From Octopus vulgaris (taxonomy: Eukaryota): a DNA stretch of 64,000 nt. Shown one piece after another: positions 1 through 11,763 of this stretch. Under the pieces are notes generated by a model that did no database searches, was not told where the DNA came from, and was given only the letters and a program-made list of their open reading frames with translations. The DNA lies in NCBI GenBank assembly GCA_951406725.2, contig OX597816.1, positions 98,394,001 to 98,458,000 of the forward strand. Direction: 5' to 3'. A program made the translations under genes and the position numbers. Each line of letters starts with the position of its first letter. The first letter of the stretch is position 1.

Positions 1-16
1 TGTATATATATAATAG

Positions 17-266
17 AAGGCCAGCATTCGCCCATGCATAGAAGCCTCCCCTCTCCACATCACTGGTGTTATCCAAGGCAAAGGCAAAGGCCAATACAGC
101 TTGACACCAGTGATGTTGCAACTCATTTCTACAGCTGAGTTAACTGGAGCAACGTGAAATAAAGTGTCTTGCTCAAGAACACAACACGCAACCCAGTCCG
201 GGAATCGAACTCACAAGCTCGCGGTCGTAAGCTCGACGCTCTAAACATTGAACTATGCGCCTTCAC
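17..266 (-). mobile_element. tRNA-derived SINE (family A)
   Basis: Minus strand reads GGCGCATAGTTCAATGTTTAGAGC (A-box-like), GTGAGTTCGATTCCC (B-box), then TTGAGCAAGACACTTTATTTCACGTTGCTCCAG core shared with the copy at 43786. Confidence 0.85.
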
Positions 267-278
267 ACACAGACACAC

Positions 279-320
<42 letters not shown>

Positions 321-465
321 TCATATTCAAGGAATGGATAACGATAAAATAAAACGTTATCAGCCACTAAGTATATCTAAAACCCTAGAAAAAGTTGGTG
401 AACAACAGGAGGCTGGAAATCACAGTTATTTCGGCTGCTAGAAAAAACACCCATCTTCTTCGATA

Positions 466-543
<78 letters not shown>

Positions 544-645
544 TCGGGGTGAGTACTTGATAATTATAAGCACCTGTGTATACCGTTTGGTGGTGTAGGT
601 GGTGGAGTAAATTGATCAAAATAAAAACATGATGCGAAGGATTCA

Positions 646-723
646 GCGGTACATATGTTTCGGGCCTTTATTAGACAGATTTATAACAATGCATAATGTA
701 TGTCTGTGGCCTTCTTCAGCCGC
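646..723 (-). ncRNA. Type I hammerhead ribozyme (left-arm copy)
   Basis: Reverse complement of the 1032-1109 motif. Confidence 0.75.
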
Positions 724-1031
724 GCACAACAGCTTCCACAAGGACATGTGTTACATCAAAAATTCTTGGTTGGGGATGCAAATCCTCTCATTCGCGTACG
801 ACATAATTCGGCAGCAGCATAGAATTGAAGCGTCCATCTCTTTCTTCTCTCTTCACACACATCCAAGGCTGTTTGACAGATTCTATTTGACAGATTCTAC
901 ATTGAGAGAAGAAAGAGATGGACGCTTCAATTCTATGCTGCTGCCGAATTATGTCGTACGCGAATGAGAGGATTTGCATCCCCAACCAAGAATTTTTGAT
1001 GTAACACATGTCCTTGTGGAAGCTGTTGTGC

Positions 1032-1109
1032 GCGGCTGAAGAAGGCCACAGACATACATTATGCATTGTTATAAATCTGTCTAATAAAGGCCCGAAACAT
1101 ATGTACCGC
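1032..1109 (+). ncRNA. Type I hammerhead ribozyme, minimal palindromic helix III
   Basis: GCGG-CUGAAGA-A-GGCC...GGCC-C-GAAA-C-AUAU-GUA/CCGC; stem I GCGG:CCGC, stem II GGCC:GGCC plus ACAGA:UCUGU; predicted cut after 1105. Confidence 0.78.
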
Positions 1110-1136
1110 TGAATCCTTCGCATCATGTTTTTATTT

Positions 1137-1174
<38 letters not shown>

Positions 1175-1620
1175 ATTCAATTTCCTAGCATTCACTTTGT
1201 CGTTCACTTTACTGTGTCAAACACATTTATGCATGTACCTAATGGGACGATACTTGCCAGCGTTGCTGAAATAATATAAGGAGTAGGGTTTCATAAATTA
1301 TATATTTTGACAATGATTTTCTTTTAAAGGCGCAATGAAAAAATTGTATTATATGCGATACAATATGCATTACAACATTCTCTTTGTTCATTTATTCATA
1401 TATACATACATTCCTTTCTCCAATCATACATATATACATATATGTTTGCATACATGGATACATAGATATATACCATACATAATGCACACGCACAAACATA
1501 CGAATTTCTCCTGGCTGATGACTAAAGTTGTACCTATATAAATTTTACGACGGCTGTTTCGGGAGAAAATGATACTTTATTATGTGTGTGTGTGTGTGTG
1601 TGTATAGATGGACAGAAAGT

Positions 1621-1655
<35 letters not shown>

Positions 1656-1835
1656 AAAGGGCTTAGTAAAATAAATTACTTCGCCGCATACTGAACTCAT
1701 TAGAAATAGCAGCTAAAAAACTTTTTAAAGCTATTTCTAATACTTAAAGAAAATCTCTCTCATATATAGCGTTTGCTTAATTTAACTCACAAAAGTTTGG
1801 GGTAAGGACATTAAAAATCAAATGCTAAGGTTATT

Positions 1836-1887
1836 TGAGTACGTACGTTTCAAGATTAGTCAAAACAACATTTCTCTCTTCAGCTCA
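1836..1887 (-). ncRNA. Type I hammerhead ribozyme copy 1
   Basis: Minus strand: UGAG-CUGAAGA-GAGA...UCUU-GAAA-C-GUAC-GUA/CUCA. Confidence 0.82.
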
Positions 1888-2378
1888 TAAATTCTTGGTT
1901 TGGATTTGGAAACACTGAAAGTAAGAACATACCCTTTCGAAGATCCGCTCTTAACTAACAGTGCCAGCAAACCCAAATAAGCAAGTGAATCATTTCTGTT
2001 CTCCCTTTCCACCAGCGTGGGTTAAAATCATCAAACGCTATGCTTATTTCGGTAAAATCCGAAGCAATAATTAGAGGGAGATTAATTATAATTTCAACAA
2101 TTGAGGGTAAAATTAATTAATTATTAATCAATTTCACCAAGTGTTCAGTATGCAAAGGGACCATTTAAGGCGAATTCAAATTATTACATTATATAAAAGG
2201 GCTTAGTAAAATAAATTACTTCGCCGCATACTGAACTCATTAGAAATAGCAGCTAAAAAAACTTTTTTTAAAGCTATTTCTAATACTTAAAGAAAATCTC
2301 TCTCATATATAGCGTTTCCTTAATTTAACTCACAAAAGTTTGGGGTAAGGACATTAAAAATCAAATGCTAAGGTTATT

Positions 2379-2430
2379 TGAGTACGTACGTTTCAAGATT
2401 AGTCAAAACAACATTTCTCTCTTCAGCTCA
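2379..2430 (-). ncRNA. Type I hammerhead ribozyme copy 2
   Basis: Same motif, 543 nt from copy 1. Confidence 0.82.
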
Positions 2431-2434
2431 TAAA

Positions 2435-2486
2435 TGAGCTGAAGAGAGAAATGTTGTTTTGACTAATCTTGAAACGTACGTACTCA
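2435..2486 (+). ncRNA. Type I hammerhead ribozyme copy 3
   Basis: TGAG CTGAAGA GAGA...TCTT GAAA C GTAC GTA CTCA; predicted cut after 2482. Confidence 0.82.
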
Positions 2487-2978
2487 AATAACCTTAGCAT
2501 TTGATTTTTAATGTCCTTACCCCCAAACTTTTGTGAGTTAAATTAAGCAAACGCTATATATGAGAGAGATTTTCTTTAAGTATTAGAAATAGCTTTAAAA
2601 AAGTTTTTTAGCTGCTATTTCTAATGAGTTCAGTATGCGGCGAAGTAATTTATTTTACTAAGCCCTTTTATATAATGTAATAATTTGAATTCGCCTTAAA
2701 TGGTCCCTTTGCATACTGAACACTTGGTGAAATTGATTAATAATTAATTAATTTTACCCTCAATTGTTGAAATTATAATTAATCTCCCTCTAATTATTGC
2801 TTCGGATTTTACCGAAATAAGCATAGCGTTTGATGATTTTAACCCACGCTGGTGGAAAGGGGAGAACAGAAATGATTCACTTGCTTATTTGGGTTTGCTG
2901 GCACTGTTAGTTAAGAGCGGATCTTCGAAAGGGTATGTTCTTACTTTCAGTGTTTCCAAATCCAAACCAAGGAATTTA

Positions 2979-3030
2979 TGAGCTGAAGAGAGAAATGCTG
3001 TTTTGACTAATCTTGAAACGTACGTACTCA
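2979..3030 (+). ncRNA. Type I hammerhead ribozyme copy 4
   Basis: Same motif; predicted cut after 3026, 544 nt from copy 3. Confidence 0.82.
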
Positions 3031-3311
3031 AATAACCTTAGCATTTGATTTTTAATGTCCTTACCCCCAAACTTTTGTGAGTTAAATTAAGCAAACGCTA
3101 TATATGAGAGAGATTTTCTTTAAGTATTAGAAATAGCTTTAAAAAAGTTTTTTAGCTGCTATTTCTAATGAGTTCAGTATGCGGCGAAGTAATTTATTTT
3201 ACTAAGCCCTTTTATATAATGTAATAATTTGAATTCGCCTTAAATGGTCCCTTTGCATACTGAACACTTGGTGAAATTGATTAATAATTAATTAATTTTA
3301 CCCTCAATTGT

Positions 3312-3366
<55 letters not shown>

Positions 3367-3796
3367 ATATATATACTGAGAGAGAGAGAGAACGAGATAG
3401 GTAGACAGACAAACAAAGAGACAGTCAGGTAGATAGATAGGTAAACAGATAGATATAGATATAGATTATAGAGATAATTATTGTTTCGATGAGTGAGCAT
3501 CTGAAAATATGTGGAAACGGCAGTTTTAAGATTCTAAAAATACCCAAAAGTGATCCAAAGTACCAGAATGGAATTAACTAGCAATGGAATTAAGTAGGTT
3601 TTATATTTTATAAACTTAAACTAATCGTATACTATACATTTACAAACGCTTTAAAAATCTTGATGACAAAATATTGTCTCAGGTTAACCAAATCAGTTTA
3701 CCACTGATTACTATCGTTTGTAACGTCTTTATTGCTATTGCTGAAAGAAGTCGTAAAATTGAAATAAGTTCATTTAACTAACCAACATACGGCACA

Positions 3797-3837
<41 letters not shown>

Positions 3838-4905
3838 ACACATCCAAGGCTGTTTGACAGATTCTATTTTCTTCGACTGGCTAACACGACAACTGAACAA
3901 AAATATCGTTAGCTTCACAACTTTTGGATCTCTCATATATGTCAACCATCGTAGAGAAACACCTCTTTCTTTTTCATTTCTTCTTACGTCTTTCTTTCTG
4001 TCTTCTTTTTTCTCTCTAACCAAGCTTCCAAAAATCGCTCGCACACATATATACACATGCACATATAGACATAGATTTATACACACATAAATACATTCGA
4101 AATAAAGTATATCTCAAAAACTCCCAAAACATCCTCTTTCCAAAGCCGAAGGAAACAGACCGAATTCCATATATTTTCAAGTATCACACATATATATCAA
4201 AGTTATGATTTTTGTATAAATATACCACTAATGATGCATCTCTCAAAAGAAATGAGAGCGCAAATTAAATAATCTTTATCCAAATCATGACTATTTTTAC
4301 TTAATATATAAAATCTGTACAGCACTTCATTCAAACAATCTAATGTGCATATCTATGCATGCACCCATCCATTAGTCCATACATATATGCGTACACATAC
4401 ACATTGACACATTTATGCATATATATTACACCTCGTGTGTATAGGTAGTTGTACGACTGTTAGTGTTTAGTTTAAAGTACTACGTAATCATAATCTTGTC
4501 TGGTTTATGCTATTAGTGTAGTGAGTCGTATTACAATTATGATGTTCAGACTAAGCGTAAGAGCAATTACGATAATCACATGTTAGTATCATTTGTTCCC
4601 ACCAACGTTTCCCATTTTGATTCGTTGGGACGCTACATTGAATAATCCGAGAGCAGCTGTTCAAAGTGCATATAGACGCTTAACAACAATAGATAATTGG
4701 TGGGCACTATATCCCTTTATGAACAAATTTCTCTTGAGAATTTTTCTCTGTAATATAATGCAAAATAGTGGATCCCGAAGATTTGCTGTGGTTAAGAGTC
4801 CAATTGTCCTTGCAACATCCAGTATATAGTTCCAAACAAACATACGCGATCGGGAATCGTACGTAGGAACAAGGGATATAAACTTTTGTTTTATGTAATT
4901 CTATA

Positions 4906-4950
<45 letters not shown>

Positions 4951-4974
4951 GAGAGAGCAAGAAAGGGAGATATG

Positions 4975-5026
<52 letters not shown>

Positions 5027-5095
5027 AGATAGATATGCGTACGAGAATCTTTCTGTGTGGATATATGTGTATAAATATGGATTTTATATATATGT

Positions 5096-5146
<51 letters not shown>

Positions 5147-7099
5147 TACATATACACACGCATATGCACGCTGCACACGCACTTACACTCGCTGAAATAT
5201 AGTTTCGTATTTATATATCACAACGTAAAGACAACTTACTTTGATGTGAATATTGATTGCCTCATAATGTGATAGGTTTACATTGTCAGAAATATATTTG
5301 TTAAGATGTAGCTGTTATTGTTCATTGACCAAAAGAAAACATGGAATCAAATTGACAATAATTGAAAGAAAATTATGACTCACCACCATATATTATTTCG
5401 CTGTGTTTCAACGAACAACTTTGCTTTTGTTAAACAGAAATATGTGATTAATGGCCTTCCGTAATCGATAACAATTCATGATTGATTACTACTTCAATGT
5501 ACGTATATTTTGATATATTCATGGCATTCTCTCGTATTGTTTCATTTATTACTTTTTTTTTGTTAATCTAAAATGATACACGTTTGAATTGTATAAATAT
5601 ATTGATGGCTTCCATTTTCTTGTCTTTACTTATTATTACGTTCAAGAGACATCATTTTCAATCACTGTCACTTTGAAGTTTTTCATATTCATTATGACAA
5701 CTGTCCAACTACATAGACATACCGACATATTTTTACATCAATTTACTTTCTATGTATTTAAAAGAAACTTTTATATTTTACCTTTTTTCTGTTTTACTGA
5801 ATCTCAATGTATTTATGGCCAACTGCACATGATGAAGTGATTGCTATGCAATGCGGGTATGAACTAGCCACAATAGAAAATAATTCCTTCCTGACACCTG
5901 GTGAAGCAATTTTATTCCTTTTAAATCATATATCCTACGTAGATTGGCACGGCTATTGTGAAATTCCGTTTCTTCCCCTTCATATTTGATTTATTTTATT
6001 CTTAGCACATGCTTGTTTATGATTTTTAGACTACCGTTAGGAAACCTTAGTGTCACTTGATTACTGATGTTAAAATCAGTATTCTACACACACAATTTAC
6101 ATGACCTGCAACATTATTGTCACCAGAAAGCATTTATTTCATTTACGAAGAGAAAATACTTAGCCCCAAATCAGTCACTGTTATACCTAGGAATTTAACG
6201 CCACACGATTGCAATTAGGCTTTTCAAATTTAGACAGTTATATTGCAATTTTATATAACGAAAATAGATTCTCGGCGAATTGAATTCGCTGTTTCAAATT
6301 ACATGAAATGAATCGTCTTAATATTGTCTTACGTACTTCTGAAACTGAACTAGGTTATCATGCGTGACAGTTTGATATATTCAGTGAAATCTCCGTTACA
6401 GGTAACTAAAACAGTATCTTGAACAACGTACGACCGGTGGATTCAGCAATTACTGAACAAAATCCATTGCTCTATAGGCTAAAGGCTACCATGATCATAT
6501 AGATTTATTTATTTTGTTACATCAAAAGATACAAGGTTCCCTGATTTTATGCATGATTTTCCAGTTACATAATTTCCAATACTATACACGACATTTTCTA
6601 AGAGGTCTCATGTAATTTGATATTCTACATTTCACTGACTAAGCCGACTAAGCTTATATGTTATCTGTCGAAACAACAATTTGCTTTGTTTTTTTTTTCT
6701 GATGTTCAGTGAATCCAAAGGATAATATTACGTTTGACATCATTGTCATTCTGTAAATGAACGCAAATTGTTTGAACAGCTCTTTGACACCTTGCAATTG
6801 TAGCCTAGCAGCAATTTACCTCTTGCTATATGACATAGACTAATTCTTGCTATATAACAGAGACTACTATGAGAGGCCACATTAGAGCGGGCTGTCCTCT
6901 ACCACCCGAGAAGAATAAAGTGAAACACGAGAGCGAGAAGGAAATTACAACTTCACCACCGACGAAAACCAGTACCAGCGTCGAGGAGGAAAAAGTGAGC
7001 GAGGAAAGGAACAGATGAGAAGTGGCTGGGGAGAAAAGAAGAAAGAGAAGAGAAAATTACACGTTGTAAATGATGACCCCCATCCCACAACTATCCGAG

Positions 7100-7394
7100 A
7101 TTAAAGGATTGTGAGGAAGACTGAGTGGTGGGTCAAGAACAGGCAAGCTATTTTGCAGAACGGGTAAACTATTTTGAGATTTTAAAGAAATATAATACAG
7201 ACATTTTGTTTAAAAGTGGAAATTAGCTTTTGCAAATGGTGATGATAATGGTGTTGTAAAATAGTGTCTTATAAAAGATGCATTAACAGTTTCAATGAGG
7301 TCAAACGACTTCATTTCACCTTTCATTATATTTAATTCATCCTTCTGCTGTCCCCTCTATGTACAGCTTTCGTGGTCAATTTCATAAAATAAAG
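7100..7394 (+). mobile_element. Diverged 3' UTR of the Tx1/L1-like LINE family
   Basis: TGTCCCCTCTATGTACAGCTTTCGTGGTCAATTTCATAAAATAAAG resembles TGTCCCATCTATGTACGGCTTCCATAGCCAATTTATGAAATAAAG ending at 8974; 5' boundary approximate. Confidence 0.55.
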
Positions 7395-7559
7395 AATCTT
7401 GCTTCCGGTTGAAGACTTCGGTCGTGCTTTTTTTTCTTGTGCTCTATTAGTTGGCATTTTATTGTAAACTATTATTGTTGAATATTGTTATTGTAAACTG
7501 TTGCCAGTTTGCAGATTTTGTTGGACTATATATTTCTCGGAATTCTGGGGAATACCGGG

Positions 7560-8974
7560 AAATTTGGCTCTGCATCCCAAATTGTGGCAGCGAGAACAGC
7601 CTTGGACCGGCACCTCAAAACCACACATGAGGGATGCAGGGTTCGGGCTAAAGTACGTACATTAGGCCGCGAAGGAATTAATGTTGCTGGGTGAGCCTGT
7701 ACGGTAGAGACCCAGCGTGGCAACGATTCCATAATCAAGTCTTTCATTGACGAAAATGAACGTTTATTAAAAGGACAGGAGGAGATATGTGAGGCGCTTT
7801 ACAAGCACTTCGCTGAGTTGTCCGGGAGGTGCGGGACGCTAGACCATGGTGAGACCCCACGGACTTCTTGGCTGGTGGCCCGCATCCCTCGGTGCGAGAA
7901 GCTGAGTGCTGTGAGGGGGCAATTAGAGCTGCGGAGTTGATCGAGATGCTATCCGAGTGCCCCGATGACAAGTCACTGTCTCTTCATTGTCTACCCTATG
8001 AGTTTTACAAAAGTATGCCAAACGAAGACCTAGGGTGGGGGATAGGCAACAGAAAACCGTCAGGCACTCCAGCTACTCTCTCCGGGCGGGCAATACAGGC
8101 AAAAGGCGTCCCACTGCGGATTGCTATAGCGGGTTAGCGGAATTTATGTCAGACGATGTCCCGGGGAAGTCCATGGCCTTCGATTGAAATCAGTTGATCA
8201 ACTCTTCGGGAGAACATTCTGGCAAGGTTATATGGAAAATTACCACAAATCCCTAGCTTGGCAGTGGTATTGTTCGACTTTGAGTGTTCGAGACAAGTTG
8301 TCAAGGCACGGAAGTGCCGTCTCGCCGAGATGCCCGAGGTGCGGGCGAGACAGAGAAACTGCCTTGCATACCGTCATGGAGTGTCCGGAATTATCGGGAC
8401 TGACAGCTTTTGTTGAGCAGCTGTTGTCAACAATGGGAAGATTACAGCTATCGGTTGAGTCTATTATCAAGATTTGTGCCACCCACTTCCCTTAGCAGGG
8501 AGAGGAAGGGTTGTTTTTTCTGCGTAGTAGCCATACTGAAAGAAACAATATGGAAGAGGTGTATAAGAGGTAGAGTGACGAGTACCTTAGTCTCCGGCCA
8601 GAGGTTAGGTGAGTTCCTTAGTTACCACCGCGATAGCTGGAGAAGAGGTACAGGCTGGAGAGAAGATGGAAGCAAGTAGGGAACAAGCTACGAGTACCTA
8701 GAACCAGGTAAGTGGGTCCAGAAGGAAAAGTAAAGGTTCAAAACTGGCGGTGGATGTCTTTCCTGCAGGCACACATTACAAAATTTGCAATGATTATCAA
8801 GTTTATATTGAAATTTTGAAAAGGAAAACAAGATATAATTTTTAACAGCATGACATTTACATTTTATCATTCGACTGTTTCATTCGTAATAAGCCACTTC
8901 TTCAACTTCTATGTCTGGCTCTCCTTGTTTGTCCCATCTATGTACGGCTTCCATAGCCAATTTATGAAATAAAG
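7560..8974 (+). mobile_element. Decayed, internally deleted Tx1/L1-clade LINE (ORF2 remnants + 3' UTR)
   Basis: CEGAIRAAELIEML...KSLSLHCLPYEFY resembles the pre-RT KSPGxDGLPxEFY motif; C-terminal zinc knuckle CPRCGRDRETALHTVMECP; ends AATAAAG. Confidence 0.8.
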
Positions 8975-9340
8975 GAGCTTGCTTCCTAGCCACACGTGTC
9001 ACCTTAGGCGAGTATCTCCTACTTTAAACTCAAGCCAGAACCTCGTGAGTGGATTCGGTAGATTCGGTAGATGGCGACTGAAAGAAGCTCGCCATATATA
9101 TACGTGAGTGTATATGTTTATGTGTGTCTGTGCTTGCCCCCCCCCCTAAAAACTATCACTTGACAATCAATGTTAGTATGTTTACGTCTCCGAAACTTAG
9201 CTGTTCGGCAAAATAGACCTATAAAATAAGTACTAGGCTTACAGAGAATAAGTCCTAGAATTGATTTGTTCGACTAAAGGCGGTACTCCTACACGGCTGC
9301 AGTCAAATGACTGAAAAAATAAGAGAATAAAAGTAAAAAT
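8975..9340 (+). mobile_element. SINE family B (5'-truncated by LINE)
   Basis: GCTTGCTTCC...GTGAGTGGATTCGGTAG...AATAAGTACTAGGCTTACA...CAGTCAAATGACTGAAA, shared with 19215, 35407, 40010. Confidence 0.8.
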
Positions 9341-10393
9341 ATCTACATACATACGTATATACATTCATATTCATACCAATAATAATTCGAGTGCTAGGTT
9401 TTGTTAGTAAATGCTTAAAGGAAAATTTGGATAAAGTGGATTTTCAGAAAGAGAAATCGACCGGCTAAATCGTACATTACAAGTGCAAGTTGTGAGTGGA
9501 ACAGTAAAAATATGCACGACATTTCTCAAGTTCCAAATATGAATTTATCACTGTTAACTACGTACCAAAAATTGAGCCTTGTGTGTTTGTAGAAGACTTA
9601 TAATAATTAAAAAATAGAATTGACAGACATACATACATTCAGACACATGTATACATGCATACATACATATATACGTACATATATTAAAGGACAGAAAGAA
9701 AGAGATAAATGGTTTCATATATATACATAACAAGTGCCAAAACTAATGAAACCGTATTTACGTCTTGAATTGTCATCAACTTCTACCATCCTAAATATAG
9801 ACCGCATGTTCAGTTTCATTCCGTCTTTCTGTCTGTTTTCCCTTTTTACTTTCCTTTCACTTTTTTCTTCCTCTCAGCAAGCCTCCAGAAATTCACTATA
9901 CAGAGGTACTTACACGTACATACAAACATACATACACACATTTATACACTTACATACAGATTGAAAATAACAAAAAAGATTCTCCACCACATTCAACTCC
10001 AGAATTCTTCAACTAGCTCACATGTAAACAAAACATAGTTTTTCAGGAAATATAGGATTTCTGAGGCTTCTCAGAAAACAGATGAGGGCACTAAATAAAT
10101 GATTAACCATAATCTGTAAATCACTTCAAACAATGTAATAAATACATACATAAATATATATGTGTACGTGCGTGTGCATGTGTGTGCCCATGTGTGTGTG
10201 TTTGTGTGTGCGAGTGAATGCGTTCGTGTGTGTGTGTGTATGTTTGTCTGTGACAAGGCATTGGCTTAGTGGTTAGAGTATTGCGTTTACGATCCTTAAA
10301 AGAATGAAAGAATAACAGAATATGTGTATACCTATATGTGTGTGTGTATATATATATTTATATTCATATATGCTTACATACATTTGTATATAT

Positions 10394-10483
<90 letters not shown>

Positions 10484-11603
10484 ACATATATATGTATACA
10501 TAATTTGAAAGATATTCTCACAAGACAAGGGATATGAAAGAAGTAAGGAATGCGTTTTTCGTCTTGCAGTTAATTACACTAAGGGATTTTATTACAACGA
10601 AATAATTTTAAAATGCAATAATCTGCATTGAAAAATATGTTATCATAATCAAATTTATTAAAACCGCCTTATTATGTATTCGAAGATGTATCTTGTCTAA
10701 AACTCATTACTACAATCAAATCATTTCAAGATTATGTATTCCAAATAAAAAATTTTACATTCAAATTACTTGAAATTATATTATTAAGCACTCAAAGGCC
10801 CATAAGAACAAAAATACATTATAAAATATTCCAGAATTCCTAAATATACGCCGCTTTCCCTTCCTATAAACATTCCTTGTAATATATGTGTCTAAGGACC
10901 TGTTTTTTGTCTTCATTTAGCATTTACCGCTCTAACCAGAAGCAGTCTCGATATATAATGGGAAAAGATATATGAAGTACTGTTAGACACGTTACAGAAC
11001 CCCTATTTTGTAGAGCCGTAAACCATTGTACTTTAGGTATTCAAAATCATATGGGAAGTCTATTTAATGAATATGTAACAACTAATATAATTGTTAGAAA
11101 TTAGTTCATGAATTAAATTGTAATATCTTAAATTGAAAAAAAAAAAACGTTTCTTTATTGTGCAAAGGTTCAATCTGCAAAATATATGATACAAGACAGA
11201 ATGAATAGAGAAACTTAAATGAATCCAAATCGAACGCCTTTACACAAGATCATTGCAATGAATATGTTATATAAAGAAAGAGAACCGGTTAGTAATTTTT
11301 GTAGTTTGGAAAAGTTAATTGTGTATTTTTGTAATTATGTGATTTAGAGTGGGAAATAATGTTGATATTAAATTAGAAAATCTATCTGAATATAAAAAGT
11401 GTGATTTCGAATAAGTTATCTTCAATTGATTTGACTCTACTAATGTCTGGTTATGGTATGATTCATATTTTGCGGTGTATTATGATGTACATTCATAAAT
11501 ATTATATTTTGAAGAGGTTTGTCATAACGTACTTTGTAATAAATTAACTGCATTGAAAACAGAGTGGCAGATTTCTTATTGGCATAAAGATATATATATA
11601 TTT

Positions 11604-11638
11604 TTTTCCTTGTATATAATTGTATGTATATGTATATA

Positions 11639-11722
<84 letters not shown>

Positions 11723-11763
11723 TATATACATATACATATACATACAATTATATACAAGGAAAA
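11604..11763. repeat. Short palindrome centred on a (TA)n tract
   Basis: TTTTCCTTGTATATAATTGTATGTATATG...(TA)n...CATATACATACAATTATATACAAGGAAAA. Confidence 0.85.

Larger units (their letters stand above)
539..1140. mobile_element. (TA)n-flanked foldback element with 237-bp inverted arms (615-851 / 904-1140), one hammerhead per arm
   Basis: Arms are reverse complements (ORF track gives identical N-terminal translations for 629+ and 1126-); 52-bp spacer; (TA)n at about 469-538 and 1141-1172. Confidence 0.9.
1648..3312. mobile_element. (TA)n-flanked inverted multimer of a ~540-544 bp non-coding hammerhead unit (retrozyme-like / non-autonomous PLE)
   Basis: Left arm 1648-2431 is ~1.45 tandem units (ATATAAAAGG at 1651 and 2191); right arm 2434-3312 is ~1.6 units in opposite orientation; axis GCTCAT-AA-ATGAGC at 2426-2439; near-identical copies. 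Confidence 0.92.

Noticed and set aside
629-1126. Pair of 112-aa ORFs with identical N-termini
   Set aside because: Artefact of the inverted repeat; no recognisable protein features
1648-3312. CRISPR array or DNA-transposon MITE
   Set aside because: No short repeat-spacer pattern; arms are unequal tandem multimers with permuted ends, unlike fixed TIRs
4768-4872. Hammerhead-like 3' half GAATCGTACGTAGGAAC near (TA)n
   Set aside because: GAAA is mutated and there is no convincing CUGANGA or stem II; at most an eroded relic
8965-8990. Resemblance to U2 snRNA (GGAGCTTGCT)
   Set aside because: Too short; explained by the LINE tail / SINE head junction
10075-10140. CAGATGAGGG...CTTCAAACAATGTA hammerhead-like string
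   Set aside because: Two core mismatches and no stem I
10256-10296. tRNA-like fragment GGCATTGGCTTAGTGGTTAGAG
   Set aside because: Truncated SINE head only
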